Source: Plasmodiophora brassicae
Lineage: Eukaryota
Direction: 5' to 3'
DNA: 21,040 nt
NCBI GenBank assembly: GCA_036867785.1
Contig: CP145410.1
Location: 1,922,001-1,943,040, forward strand
The notes below the pieces were generated by a model. The model did not search any database, was not told where the DNA came from, and saw only the letters and a list, made by a program, of their open reading frames with translations. How positions within the stretch are numbered: the first letter of the stretch is position 1; each line of letters begins with the position of its first letter. The translations under genes and the position numbers were made by a program. Shown here piece by piece: positions 1-8,272 of this stretch.

Positions 1-716
1 GCAGGCACTTGGCGACGGCCGCCCGGATCACCGTGCCCAGCACGTGCATCCACCGGCGCTGACGGTCGGACAACCGGAAGGTCGCGTCCCGCCAGGTCGG
101 CATGATGCAGGGCACCGTCGTCGAATCGGCCGCTTCGGGTTCATCCAAAGTAAGATGTCGCAGTCTTGCAGTTGCAGCGAGACGTAGTCCATCGCGTTCT
201 TGTAGTCGGCCCGCCCAGGATGCATCAGCCGAACCCGCCAATCAACCACCGGGTGCAGCAGGCGCATGGACTCGACGCAACGCGCCAGGTGGAACCGAGA
301 CGCCGGGTAACGCCCGGCACACCCTGACACGGGATCTGGCAGCCCGGTTACCGGTTGCAAATCCAGGAGAGGATAGCGTACGCGTCTTCGCCGGCACAAC
401 GCGCTACGGGATGCGGCTGGTTGTACGGCTGGACTTGCAGCGGCATGAGTTTCTCCCTTGCGCCGGCCCACGTCAGCTGATCATGCAGCGCCTGGAGCAG
501 GGCGTCCTCCCTTGTCGGCAGCGGCGGCAGCCTCGGCACACGTCGGCCCCTATCACGAAACGCGTCAATCACCCGTTGGCGCTCGCGTCGGGCCGACGCA
601 CCGGCCGCCCACAGCTGGTTGCAGCGTGCGAGAACCGGGCACCGACGCGTAATCCTCACGATGTTGCTGTGTCGATCCGCGAGCGCCCGCTTCGGCGTGA
701 ACGGCAGGAACTTTAG
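1..716 (-). pseudogene. Possible fragmented coding remnant of unknown function (runs off window start)
   Basis: Three successive minus-strand frames read protein-like, with G/C-ending codons: KFLPFTPKRALADRHSNIVRITRR...AILSWICNR*, then RFHLARCVESMRLLHPVVDWRV...DYKNAMDYVSLQLQDCD, then STTVPCIMPTWRDATFRLSDRQRRWMHVLGTVIRAAVAKCL. Joining them needs frame changes near 345 and 150. No ATG before the AT-rich island at about 716. No family recognised. Confidence 0.25.
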
Positions 717-731
717 GGGACTGTTTTTTAC

Positions 732-755
732 GTGTAAAATACATGTAATTTACAC
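732..755. repeat. 24-bp near-perfect palindrome in an AT-rich island
   Basis: GTGTAAAATACATGTAATTTACAC: 11 of 12 base pairs are self-complementary. Confidence 0.8.
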
Positions 756-1289
756 TCAACCAGCCATTCTCTGTTTTTAACAATTCCATAGGCGTGGCCA
801 ACACGATGTCGTTGACAGGTCCCATAATGCCGCCAACGGCGTGGACGAAATCAATAGCGGCAACGCTGCTCGGCAACGGGCTTAATTAACCCCCCAAAAA
901 ACTGGGTCCATAAATTCGATTTTTTGGGCTGATTTCTTCATGCGTTGTCAGCTGTCAGACGGCTCATCCAGGCAATGTCCTGATGTGTGCAGAACAGATA
1001 ACCCCCAGCATGCATGGCACATGCCGTGCTGACGGTGTACCACCCGAAGTCAGCCCTGCAAGATCGCTTCTGCCTGGCTGGGGGTTACCTGTTGTGCACA
1101 CATCAGGACATTGCCTGGATGAGTAGACCCGTTTGACAGGTGACAACGCATGAAGCAAGAATAAATCCGCACCAAAAATAGGCGCATGGCTGGATGCCCG
1201 ATTCCGGGGCGCACGCGTGTCTGCGGATTGCGGCGGCTGCTTTCCAATCGTCATTGGCGAACTGCCATTTATGGGACCGTGCCGAGCAG

Positions 1290-2476
1290 GTGCCATCGCC
1301 GTGGTGGGCGTCGTCAGCACGGCAGACGACCCGACGACGCTGCCGCCAACGCCGCGTACTGCGATATCGTACACTGCCGCCCGGTCGGCACCGTACGGCA
1401 CAAGTGGTCCAGACCCAGATGCGCCTGCCTTCCCTGTCCGCTCGCGCCGACGTCGCCGCCGGACAGAGGCACGGGTCAACGCGACCGCTACGACCTCATT
1501 CGAGCCTGCTGGACGCCAGGCGACGTTTCCGACACGTCTGCGAGATCGTACTGCACCTTGACGATAGGTACAAGTCATCGCCTGCTGCACAGTCACGCAG
1601 GCCTTCTGACACGCTGGACGTCATAGGTCTGCCGTCGCCTGCCGTCGAAGCGGGATGGGTACAACGTCGCGCAGGCCTGGTGACGCACTCGTCGTCCGAC
1701 GATTGCTACGACTTGGCATGCCGCGCCCCTGCCCTGCACCATGCGCCGGTGGCTGGCTGACCAGACAGGGTCGTCGCCGACCTCCCTGCCTGCGCGTCGA
1801 GCGGTGCCTGCCTGCCTGCGCTGTGTTCGGCATCGCATGTCGCAAGTCCTCGACGTCCCGAGGCGCCTGATCGCCGTACCAGCGACTGTTGCAACATCGT
1901 CGATGCATCCTGCAGGATGTCTGCAGACGCGCCGAACACTTTTGGGCGAACGCCATGCACTGGTACGGATTGTCGCCTAATGCAAAGGACCAGGTCCTCA
2001 CACGTTCTGCACAGGACTCGCACCTCGCGTGTCGCCGACGACCTGTCGCGCCTGCTTGCCCTGCATGCGTCCTCGCCGTGGTCGTCGTCGACCGGCGCCA
2101 CCGGCAAACGCGGCCGCCTACGACCATAACAGGGCGCTGCTGGCCGCCTGTTCACCTCCTGGTCAGCGGCGTGTCGTCGCCCTGATTGCCCTAGTCACCG
2201 ACGCCCGGATACGCCTTCCTGCCCCTGTTTGCGTCCATGTCGACGTCGCCGCCGACCATATCTGGACGGGCCAACTCATTCAGACGAAGACAACGCCCCT
2301 GCGACGCCGCCGCCACCCTAACACCACGGGTCAATAGATCCACCACGACCGCGACACGTCCTGCAGGACGCCTGCTGACGCACCAGATACATCTGGCCGG
2401 ACGCCCTGCACCTTCACGACAGGTACGGGTCGACGTCTGATGCACGGGGTCCCGGGACATTTGACATTCTGGACAG
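1290..2476 (+). repeat. Diverged tandem triplication (about 400-450 bp period) of an exon+intron module
   Basis: Gap-free anchors at 1505 (CCTGCTGGACGCCAGGCGACG), 1909 (CCTGCAGGATGTCTGCAGACG) and 2360 (CCTGCAGGACGCCTGCTGACG). Each is followed by TGCAC and a GTAC...AG intron-like segment (1568-1626, 1963-2014, 2423-2476). Outer boundaries are approximate. Confidence 0.65.
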
Positions 2477-2907
2477 GACTCGATTGCCGTCGCCTATCCA
2501 GCATGAGGACCGGCAGCGCAGCAGGCATCATGGCGATACTCTGCTTCTCTGCAAGGTGGTGAAGGCCCATTAACCTGTTGTCTTTCGAACCGGCTGACAT
2601 TCATGTCGTTCCCGGCAGGCGCCAGCATTGCTGCTCAGAATCCAGGCGAGTTCGGAACCATCGTTGTTGCCGCGTCGGCCCCTGCTGGTACTGGTTTGAC
2701 GAATTGTGCATCTCCAGCCTGGCTGACATCCCCGCGGTATTCTGGCAGACACTGGCGATGCTGCTAAGAATCCTGACGAGTGCTGTGTCACCCCTGTTGC
2801 CGCCGTGCGCCCTTTCTGATGCTGGTCGGCAGGCGTCACGTAATCGACTTCCTGTTCTGGTCGACCTTCAGGCGACTGCAAGCTGCTTGAACCACTCCAT
2901 TCTGGTA

Positions 2908-3083
2908 TGTGCCGGCTCCAAGCTATAAGACAAGAATAGCTGTGATCCGGCTAGGCCGCCCTAAGAATGACGGACATGCACGGAGTGCGCACGGAGTCCG
3001 CACGGCGTACGTGGGAGCTGCAGGTCGGGGACACAGACGATTATACTACACGGCTGATATACCATCACCGTTGGGACGTCACA
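2908..3083 (+). repeat. 5' LTR of element 1 (176 bp; right boundary inferred)
   Basis: Starts TGTGCCGGC and ends GACGTCACA (7/9 inverted repeat). The following sequence, CACA-GAGATCTCTTG, parallels the proven boundary of element 2 (CACA-GAAGCTTCTTG). Leader to ATG is 47 nt versus 43 nt in element 2. Only the first 70 nt are confirmed by the second copy. Confidence 0.75.
2978..3010 (+). repeat. 3 x 11-bp tandem repeat inside the element 1 LTR
   Basis: GCACGGAGTGC GCACGGAGTCC GCACGGCGTAC. Confidence 0.85.
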
Positions 3084-3092
3084 GAGATCTCT
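3083..3092 (+). promoter_or_regulatory. Perfect 10-bp palindrome at the primer-binding-site position of element 1
   Basis: AGAGATCTCT begins on the last base of the inferred LTR. No TGG-initiated tRNA complement. Function inferred. Confidence 0.6.
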
Positions 3093-3130
3093 TGAACATC
3101 CTTTCGGGGAAGGTTTCAAAGAAGGACGCG

Positions 3131-6100
3131 ATGGTGGCCACCGCGCAGGAGATGCTGCTGGAAGATGACGTCGATGATCGACAACAAGGACAGAGCGTGC
3201 AAGGCTCAACGATCGTCCTGCAGATGAACAAGGCGCCGACCTTGAAGAGCATGGACCGCAAGGCCGTCACGACGTTCATGGCCGAGCTGAAGACGTATCG
3301 GAATCACTTCCGGGACGATCCGAATGCCAAGGGCCAGATCCCACGGTCAGTGAGGAGTATGATCGACCCCGGTCTGCTCAGGGCGATCTGCAAGTGGGAA
3401 CTCGGCACGGACGCCGAGGGGGTGACGGAGAGCGACCTGATGGACTGGATGAAGAGGCATCTGGAGCAGGATCGCTCGACGGACGCGAACATCGACCGGG
3501 AGATGCGGAAGCTGGCGATGAAGCTGACCATCACCACACCAGCGGCAAGGGTCGTGAACCTCGTGCAGCAGTACGAGGAATTGGTCGCGCGCAACGGGTG
3601 GCAGGACCTCTTCACGTCCCGCGAGGGACGGAAGAACCTGGTCAAGTACCTACTGGGTGCTGTGCGCCCATCCGGTTTACAAGCGCTCATGCGGACCCTC
3701 GTCATGAAGCGCCAGACCGATCTCCAGAAGGACCCTTTGGAATTCTATCGGGTGCTGAAGGAACGGGCTGCATCGTATGAGGAGACGATGTTGTACATGG
3801 AGCCGGGACGTGAGGATGGCAAGGGGAAGGGAAAGGTCAAACCCACCCCAAAGAAGCGAGGGGCGCAGACGGATGAAGGAGGCGATGGAGGCCGGGACAC
3901 GAAACGACACCGGAAGGACCTGCGATGTTTCAACTGTGACGAGGTTGGACATCCAGCGTTTCGTTGCCCGAAGAAGCCTACCAAGAAGCAGGTCGCAGAC
4001 CTGCTGAAGGATCGCCGCAAGGGGCCAACGGGAAGGGATGGACCCCGTAAGGCCAAATCTGATAAAGATGACGACTTGTCAGAGTACCCATGGCTTCCAG
4101 TGGTAGGAAGAGTGTCGGAGGGGGCGCAGAGGACAGGGGACCAAGTAGTCGTTCGTGTAAACGGACATGAGGAAGACTACGTTGGGGTTCTGGACAGTGG
4201 AGCGACATCGGTTGACGTTCTGATGCCATTGACCATAGCGCGCGAGCTAATGGAGCGGGACCCATTGTTAACAATGGAGAACCTCCAGAAGCCGGAAACG
4301 TTCTGTCTGGTAGACCGAGAAACGAAGCACACAGCCTACCATGTGATGATACTGGATCTGGGACTGACGACGACGGCAGGCGAACTGATCACTCGCCGGC
4401 GCCGATGCCTTGTATGGGACATTCCTGAAAAGGAAGTAATCCTAGGGGAGAGGCTGTTGGACGACTTGGGTATCCACCCAAAGAAGGCCCTGGACGTACT
4501 CATTAAGAGCACGCCGAAGAAGGGGAATGACGTCATGGATGAAGTGCACAATATGGCAAACGAGATGCCACCTCTCTGGGAAGGGGAGGAAGAGGAAACA
4601 GAGGATGTGAGGATCGGAACCGATTCCACAGACTCCCTGGAAAGGGAGATGGACGGGATGGTCGAGCGCGCATTGAGGAATGGCCTACCGCAAGCGATGG
4701 GGAAATCGCTTCGGAAACTCGTCAGAAGATATAGGGACGTTTGGCGTATGAGCATTGGACCTGATGGTCCAGCCAGGGTTACACCATTTGTCACGGAGCT
4801 GAAACCGGATGCGGAACCTTACAGGTGCCGAGCCAGAAAGTACAGTATGGAGGACAGTGCTTTCATGGAGGAATTCGTCGCCCAATTGAAGAAGTATGGC
4901 CTAGTCGTTGAAAACTACAACGCGAAGTGGGCTTCACCGGTGGTGGTGGTGACGAAGCCAGGGGGCGGAAAGCGGTTCTGTGTTGATCTCAGAGCTGTTA
5001 ATGCCAAATGTGTCGCCGTGGCGTGGCCTATGCCACATCAGGAGGCGATACTGAGGAACCTGGCAGGCTCGAGGTTCTGGTTTAAGCTAGACGCGTTCAA
5101 AGGCTTCTGGATGATGCCGCTGGATGAAGCGTGTCAGGAGATCTTCTCCTTCATGACAGATAAGGGGGTGTATAAGCCAACGAGGTCGATGCAGGGGGGA
5201 ATGAACTCCGCCCCTCAGTATCAAGGGAGGATGTTTGAGGTGTTCGGGGAACTTATGTTCCACAAACTAATCATATGGATCGATGATCTAATGGGGCATG
5301 CCCAAAGGGAGGATGATTGGTTCCGAACGTTGGAACGGACTCTGATGCTAGCCGAACGGCACAGCATCAAGTTCAACGTGGAGAAGTGTGAGCTCTTCAC
5401 AACAGAGGTTCGGTTCTGTGGAAGGATATTCACGCCAGAAGGGGTAAGGCACGATCCTGCTAGGATTGAGGCTTTAATGGCGATACCACAGCCGAGGACG
5501 GCAAGGGACTTGCAACAATTCCTTATGGCAACTCAGTGGATGAGTAGGTCCATCCCTGAGTACAACAGGAAGGTACACCTGTTACAGAGGATATACGAGG
5601 ATGCAATGAAGGACCAACCTGGCAGGACGAAAGCCATTGCCAGGAGGGTGCGATTGTGCAAATATGGATGGTCACCCGAACATGCGCTGGCATTCGAGAA
5701 ACTGAAGATGGCAGTGGCGGACACGGTCCAACTAGCGTACCCGCGAAAGGACCGGATCCAATGCCTATTCTCAGATGCAAATGAGGTTAACAGCGCGGCG
5801 GTAGTCACACAGATTCCGCCTGAGGACTTGGGTAAACCAGTGCATGGGCAGCGACATGAACCGCTGGGTTTCGTCGGACACAAGTTCGCGGGCCCAGAGC
5901 GGAACTGGTCCACGGTGGAGAAGGAAGGGTTCGCGATCAAGGATGGGATTGACAAACTGGACTATCTCGTTACAACCAACGAGCAGTTTCGTTTGTTTAC
6001 CGATCATAGGAATCTCGTGAGGATATTCTCACCAACGGACGTGTCAAAGCCAACGGCGCAGAAACTGCAACGATGGGCACTGGACATACAGAGGGTCAAC

Positions 6101-7798
6101 TACGTCATTGAACACATTGCGGGGGAGGACAATGTGTGGTCGGATCTTATGACGCGGTGGGGTGCACCGGACGGTGGGCCTGATGACCAGCACCTAGAGG
6201 TACGCACGATCAGGAGGATAACGCTTCAAATTGAGGACGGATATCGGGTACGGCCGTTACAAAGGAAGGAATTCCAATGGCCGACCGTGGACGAAATCCG
6301 TAAGGCTCAGAGGAAATGGCTCAGAGGAACGAAACGACCGAAGAATGGTGATGATCTCTTCGTCACAGGGAAGGGACAGGTGATCATACCAGACGAATGC
6401 AACGAGCTGAAGCTGCAGCTATGCGCTATTGCTCATGCGGGCGGAAACAGTGGGCATCTAGGACTGAAGGCCTCGTTGAGGAAGTTGGGGGAGTTCTGCC
6501 ATTGGGCACACTGCGATGAGGACATGAGGACGTTCTGCAACGCGTGTTTGAACTGTCTACCGACAAGGGGCGGGGTTAGGATTCCCAGGCCATTGGGAAC
6601 AGCTGTTCATGGTGTTAGGCCGAATCAGGTGATTCACTTGGATTGGCTATACATGATGGCGGCTCAGAAGGGCGGAAGACATGATCTGCAATGGAACCTG
6701 ATAATCAGGGATGATCTGTCTGGCATGGTCAAGATTACTCCTGACCATACACCCAATGCGGAAACCACTGTAGAGGCACTGCTCGAATGGAGGGCTATCT
6801 TCGGAACGTTTGAGTTGATGGTGTCAGACATGGCGTCTTGCTTTCTGGCAAACGTTGTGAAGGAACTGGCGCGTCGATGTGGATTTGCTCATCACCCGAC
6901 TGTTGCCTATGGGCATTACAGTAATGGATCAATTGAGGTGATCAACAGGAACTACTTGCAACTAGTCAGAGCACTTCTGTCTGAATTGCAGTGGGACAAA
7001 TACGATTGGCCATGGTTGAACCACAACATTGAACACACGATCAATCACAGGTCGCAGGCGCGTACCAACGGGAATGCGCCAGTGACAGTGATGATGGGAC
7101 GTCAACCAGACAACCCGCTGAAGCAAGTGTTCAAGAGGCCAGGGGATGAGAAGTATGGGGAAGCTACACTCTCAAAGGAGCATATTCAGGAGCTAGTCAT
7201 GCAATTGCAGACGTCGCTGAATGAAATGCACAAGGGAGCAGTGCAGCAATCGAAGAAAATCCGAGCCGTACATAGGAAGAGGAGCGACGCGTACCGACGA
7301 GCAACTGCACCGAACTTTCAGATCGGTGACTATGTACTCATCGGATTGCCTGAACCGGGTAAGGTTCCGGGCAAGAAGCTCTTTATGAAGTGGCGGGGCC
7401 TATATCAAATAACTGATAGCCACGAGAACTACACCTACGAGGTGAGGAATATGTTCAACGAGACGGACACTCGAACCGTTCACGGGGACCGCGTTCGCCT
7501 CTATGAACATGGCAAAGTGAATGCCACTGAGGAACTGAAGCGACAGATGGATTATGACAATGAGCGTTTCGCCATTGAAGTCTTCAAGGACTGCAGGCAC
7601 AGTCCGGAGACAGGGGAATTGGAATTGTTGATCGGATGGAAGGGTTTCTCTGAAGCGGAGGATTCATGGGAGCCAATCTGCAGGTTGGCGATGGATGTAC
7701 CGAAGCTGGTGAAGGCACATGCCGCCAGGATGAGGAAGGAGAAACATCACCTTGCTGATGAGGTTAAGGAGTTACTTAAGGCGGAAGGAGTCCAGTAG
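3131..7798 (+). CDS. Gag-Pol polyprotein with C-terminal chromodomain (about 1555 aa from the first ATG)
   Basis: Zinc knuckle CFNCDEVGHPAFRC; protease LDSGA; RT LDAFKGFW...MQGGMNSA...WIDD; RNase H FSDA/EKEGFAI/FTDHRNL; integrase HHCC (AHAGGNSGH...CLNC) and D,D,E (IHLDW, VSDMA, SIEVIN); chromodomain LIGWKGFSEAEDSWEP. The ORF-track start at 2909 is a GTG inside the LTR; the first ATG is at 3131. Confidence 0.95.
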   Translation: MVATAQEMLLEDDVDDRQQGQSVQGSTIVLQMNKAPTLKSMDRKAVTTFMAELKTYRNHFRDDPNAKGQIPRSVRSMIDPGLLRAICKWELGTDAEGVTESDLMDWMKRHLEQDRSTDANIDREMRKLAMKLTITTPAARVVNLVQQYEELVARNGWQDLFTSREGRKNLVKYLLGAVRPSGLQALMRTLVMKRQTDLQKDPLEFYRVLKERAASYEETMLYMEPGREDGKGKGKVKPTPKKRGAQTDEGGDGGRDTKRHRKDLRCFNCDEVGHPAFRCPKKPTKKQVADLLKDRRKGPTGRDGPRKAKSDKDDDLSEYPWLPVVGRVSEGAQRTGDQVVVRVNGHEEDYVGVLDSGATSVDVLMPLTIARELMERDPLLTMENLQKPETFCLVDRETKHTAYHVMILDLGLTTTAGELITRRRRCLVWDIPEKEVILGERLLDDLGIHPKKALDVLIKSTPKKGNDVMDEVHNMANEMPPLWEGEEEETEDVRIGTDSTDSLEREMDGMVERALRNGLPQAMGKSLRKLVRRYRDVWRMSIGPDGPARVTPFVTELKPDAEPYRCRARKYSMEDSAFMEEFVAQLKKYGLVVENYNAKWASPVVVVTKPGGGKRFCVDLRAVNAKCVAVAWPMPHQEAILRNLAGSRFWFKLDAFKGFWMMPLDEACQEIFSFMTDKGVYKPTRSMQGGMNSAPQYQGRMFEVFGELMFHKLIIWIDDLMGHAQREDDWFRTLERTLMLAERHSIKFNVEKCELFTTEVRFCGRIFTPEGVRHDPARIEALMAIPQPRTARDLQQFLMATQWMSRSIPEYNRKVHLLQRIYEDAMKDQPGRTKAIARRVRLCKYGWSPEHALAFEKLKMAVADTVQLAYPRKDRIQCLFSDANEVNSAAVVTQIPPEDLGKPVHGQRHEPLGFVGHKFAGPERNWSTVEKEGFAIKDGIDKLDYLVTTNEQFRLFTDHRNLVRIFSPTDVSKPTAQKLQRWALDIQRVNYVIEHIAGEDNVWSDLMTRWGAPDGGPDDQHLEVRTIRRITLQIEDGYRVRPLQRKEFQWPTVDEIRKAQRKWLRGTKRPKNGDDLFVTGKGQVIIPDECNELKLQLCAIAHAGGNSGHLGLKASLRKLGEFCHWAHCDEDMRTFCNACLNCLPTRGGVRIPRPLGTAVHGVRPNQVIHLDWLYMMAAQKGGRHDLQWNLIIRDDLSGMVKITPDHTPNAETTVEALLEWRAIFGTFELMVSDMASCFLANVVKELARRCGFAHHPTVAYGHYSNGSIEVINRNYLQLVRALLSELQWDKYDWPWLNHNIEHTINHRSQARTNGNAPVTVMMGRQPDNPLKQVFKRPGDEKYGEATLSKEHIQELVMQLQTSLNEMHKGAVQQSKKIRAVHRKRSDAYRRATAPNFQIGDYVLIGLPEPGKVPGKKLFMKWRGLYQITDSHENYTYEVRNMFNETDTRTVHGDRVRLYEHGKVNATEELKRQMDYDNERFAIEVFKDCRHSPETGELELLIGWKGFSEAEDSWEPICRLAMDVPKLVKAHAARMRKEKHHLADEVKELLKAEGVQ

Positions 7799-7984
7799 GC
7801 TAGTCATGCTTTTTTCCCGGATGCGCGCTGGGTTATTTTAATGCCGACGGCCATGTGACGACAGAAGCCAAAACTGTGTTCTACGAAGATTGAGACTTAA
7901 TTATGTTAATTAGACTATATTAAGGAGAAGACATGATTAGGATACACCACCACTGAAGACACCTGCAAGGAGGAGCATTTCGTT

Positions 7985-7996
7985 GAAGGAGGGGAA
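7985..7996 (+). other. Polypurine tract of element 1
   Basis: GAAGGAGGGGAA immediately precedes the TGT of the 3' LTR. Confidence 0.9.
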
Positions 7997-8066
7997 TGTG
8001 CCGGCTCCAAGCTATAAGACAAGAATAGCTGTGATCCGGCTAGGCCGCCCTAAGAATGACGGACAT
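7997..8066 (+). repeat. Truncated 3' LTR of element 1 (first 70 nt)
   Basis: Identical to 2908-2977. Identity stops exactly where the element 2 LTR begins at 8067. Confidence 0.85.
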
Positions 8067-8263
8067 TGTGCTAACGCCGCCGCTGCCCACTACGGGGGCG
8101 GTCGGTCGCAAGAGTCGGCGCCTGGTGATATAACGAACTGATGTATTTGGACAGGATCGTCACAGCAAGGGCCGCTGCGGGGTCGAGTACGGTCATGATC
8201 ATGTGACCGGGTGGCAGCAGCATCTGAGCAGCATCATCTGAGTACTGGTACTCTGGATGAACA
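8067..8263 (-). repeat. 3' LTR of element 2 (197 bp)
   Basis: Base-for-base identical to 13206-13402; reads TGTTCATCC...TTAGCACA on the minus strand. Confidence 0.97.
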
Positions 8264-8269
8264 CTCCCC
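8264..8269 (-). other. Short polypurine tract of element 2
   Basis: Minus strand reads TAA(stop)-CAC-GGGGAG-TGTTCA(LTR). Confidence 0.7.
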
Positions 8270-8272
8270 GTG

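Larger units (their letters stand above)
2908..8066 (+). mobile_element. Ty3/Gypsy chromovirus-type LTR retrotransposon, element 1 (3' LTR truncated)
   Basis: 2908-2977 is identical to 7997-8066 and starts TGT. Polypurine tract lies directly before 7997. Internal ORF has gag-PR-RT-RH-IN-chromodomain order. Confidence 0.95.

Noticed and set aside
712-718. Internal TTTAGGG (also near 16032)
   Set aside because: Single heptamers are expected by chance; no array.
102-2928. Arg/Pro/Ala-rich ORFs of 60-210 aa in the left region as real proteins, for example a transposase
   Set aside because: Composition is typical of GC-rich non-coding frames; no DDE, helicase or other motif recognised.
2908-2976. 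A complete 69-bp TGT...ACA mini-LTR for element 1
   Set aside because: Identity ends exactly where element 2 begins. A better inverted terminus, the shared CACAGA-NNNN-TCTTG boundary and a matching leader length all point to 3083. Disfavoured rather than excluded.
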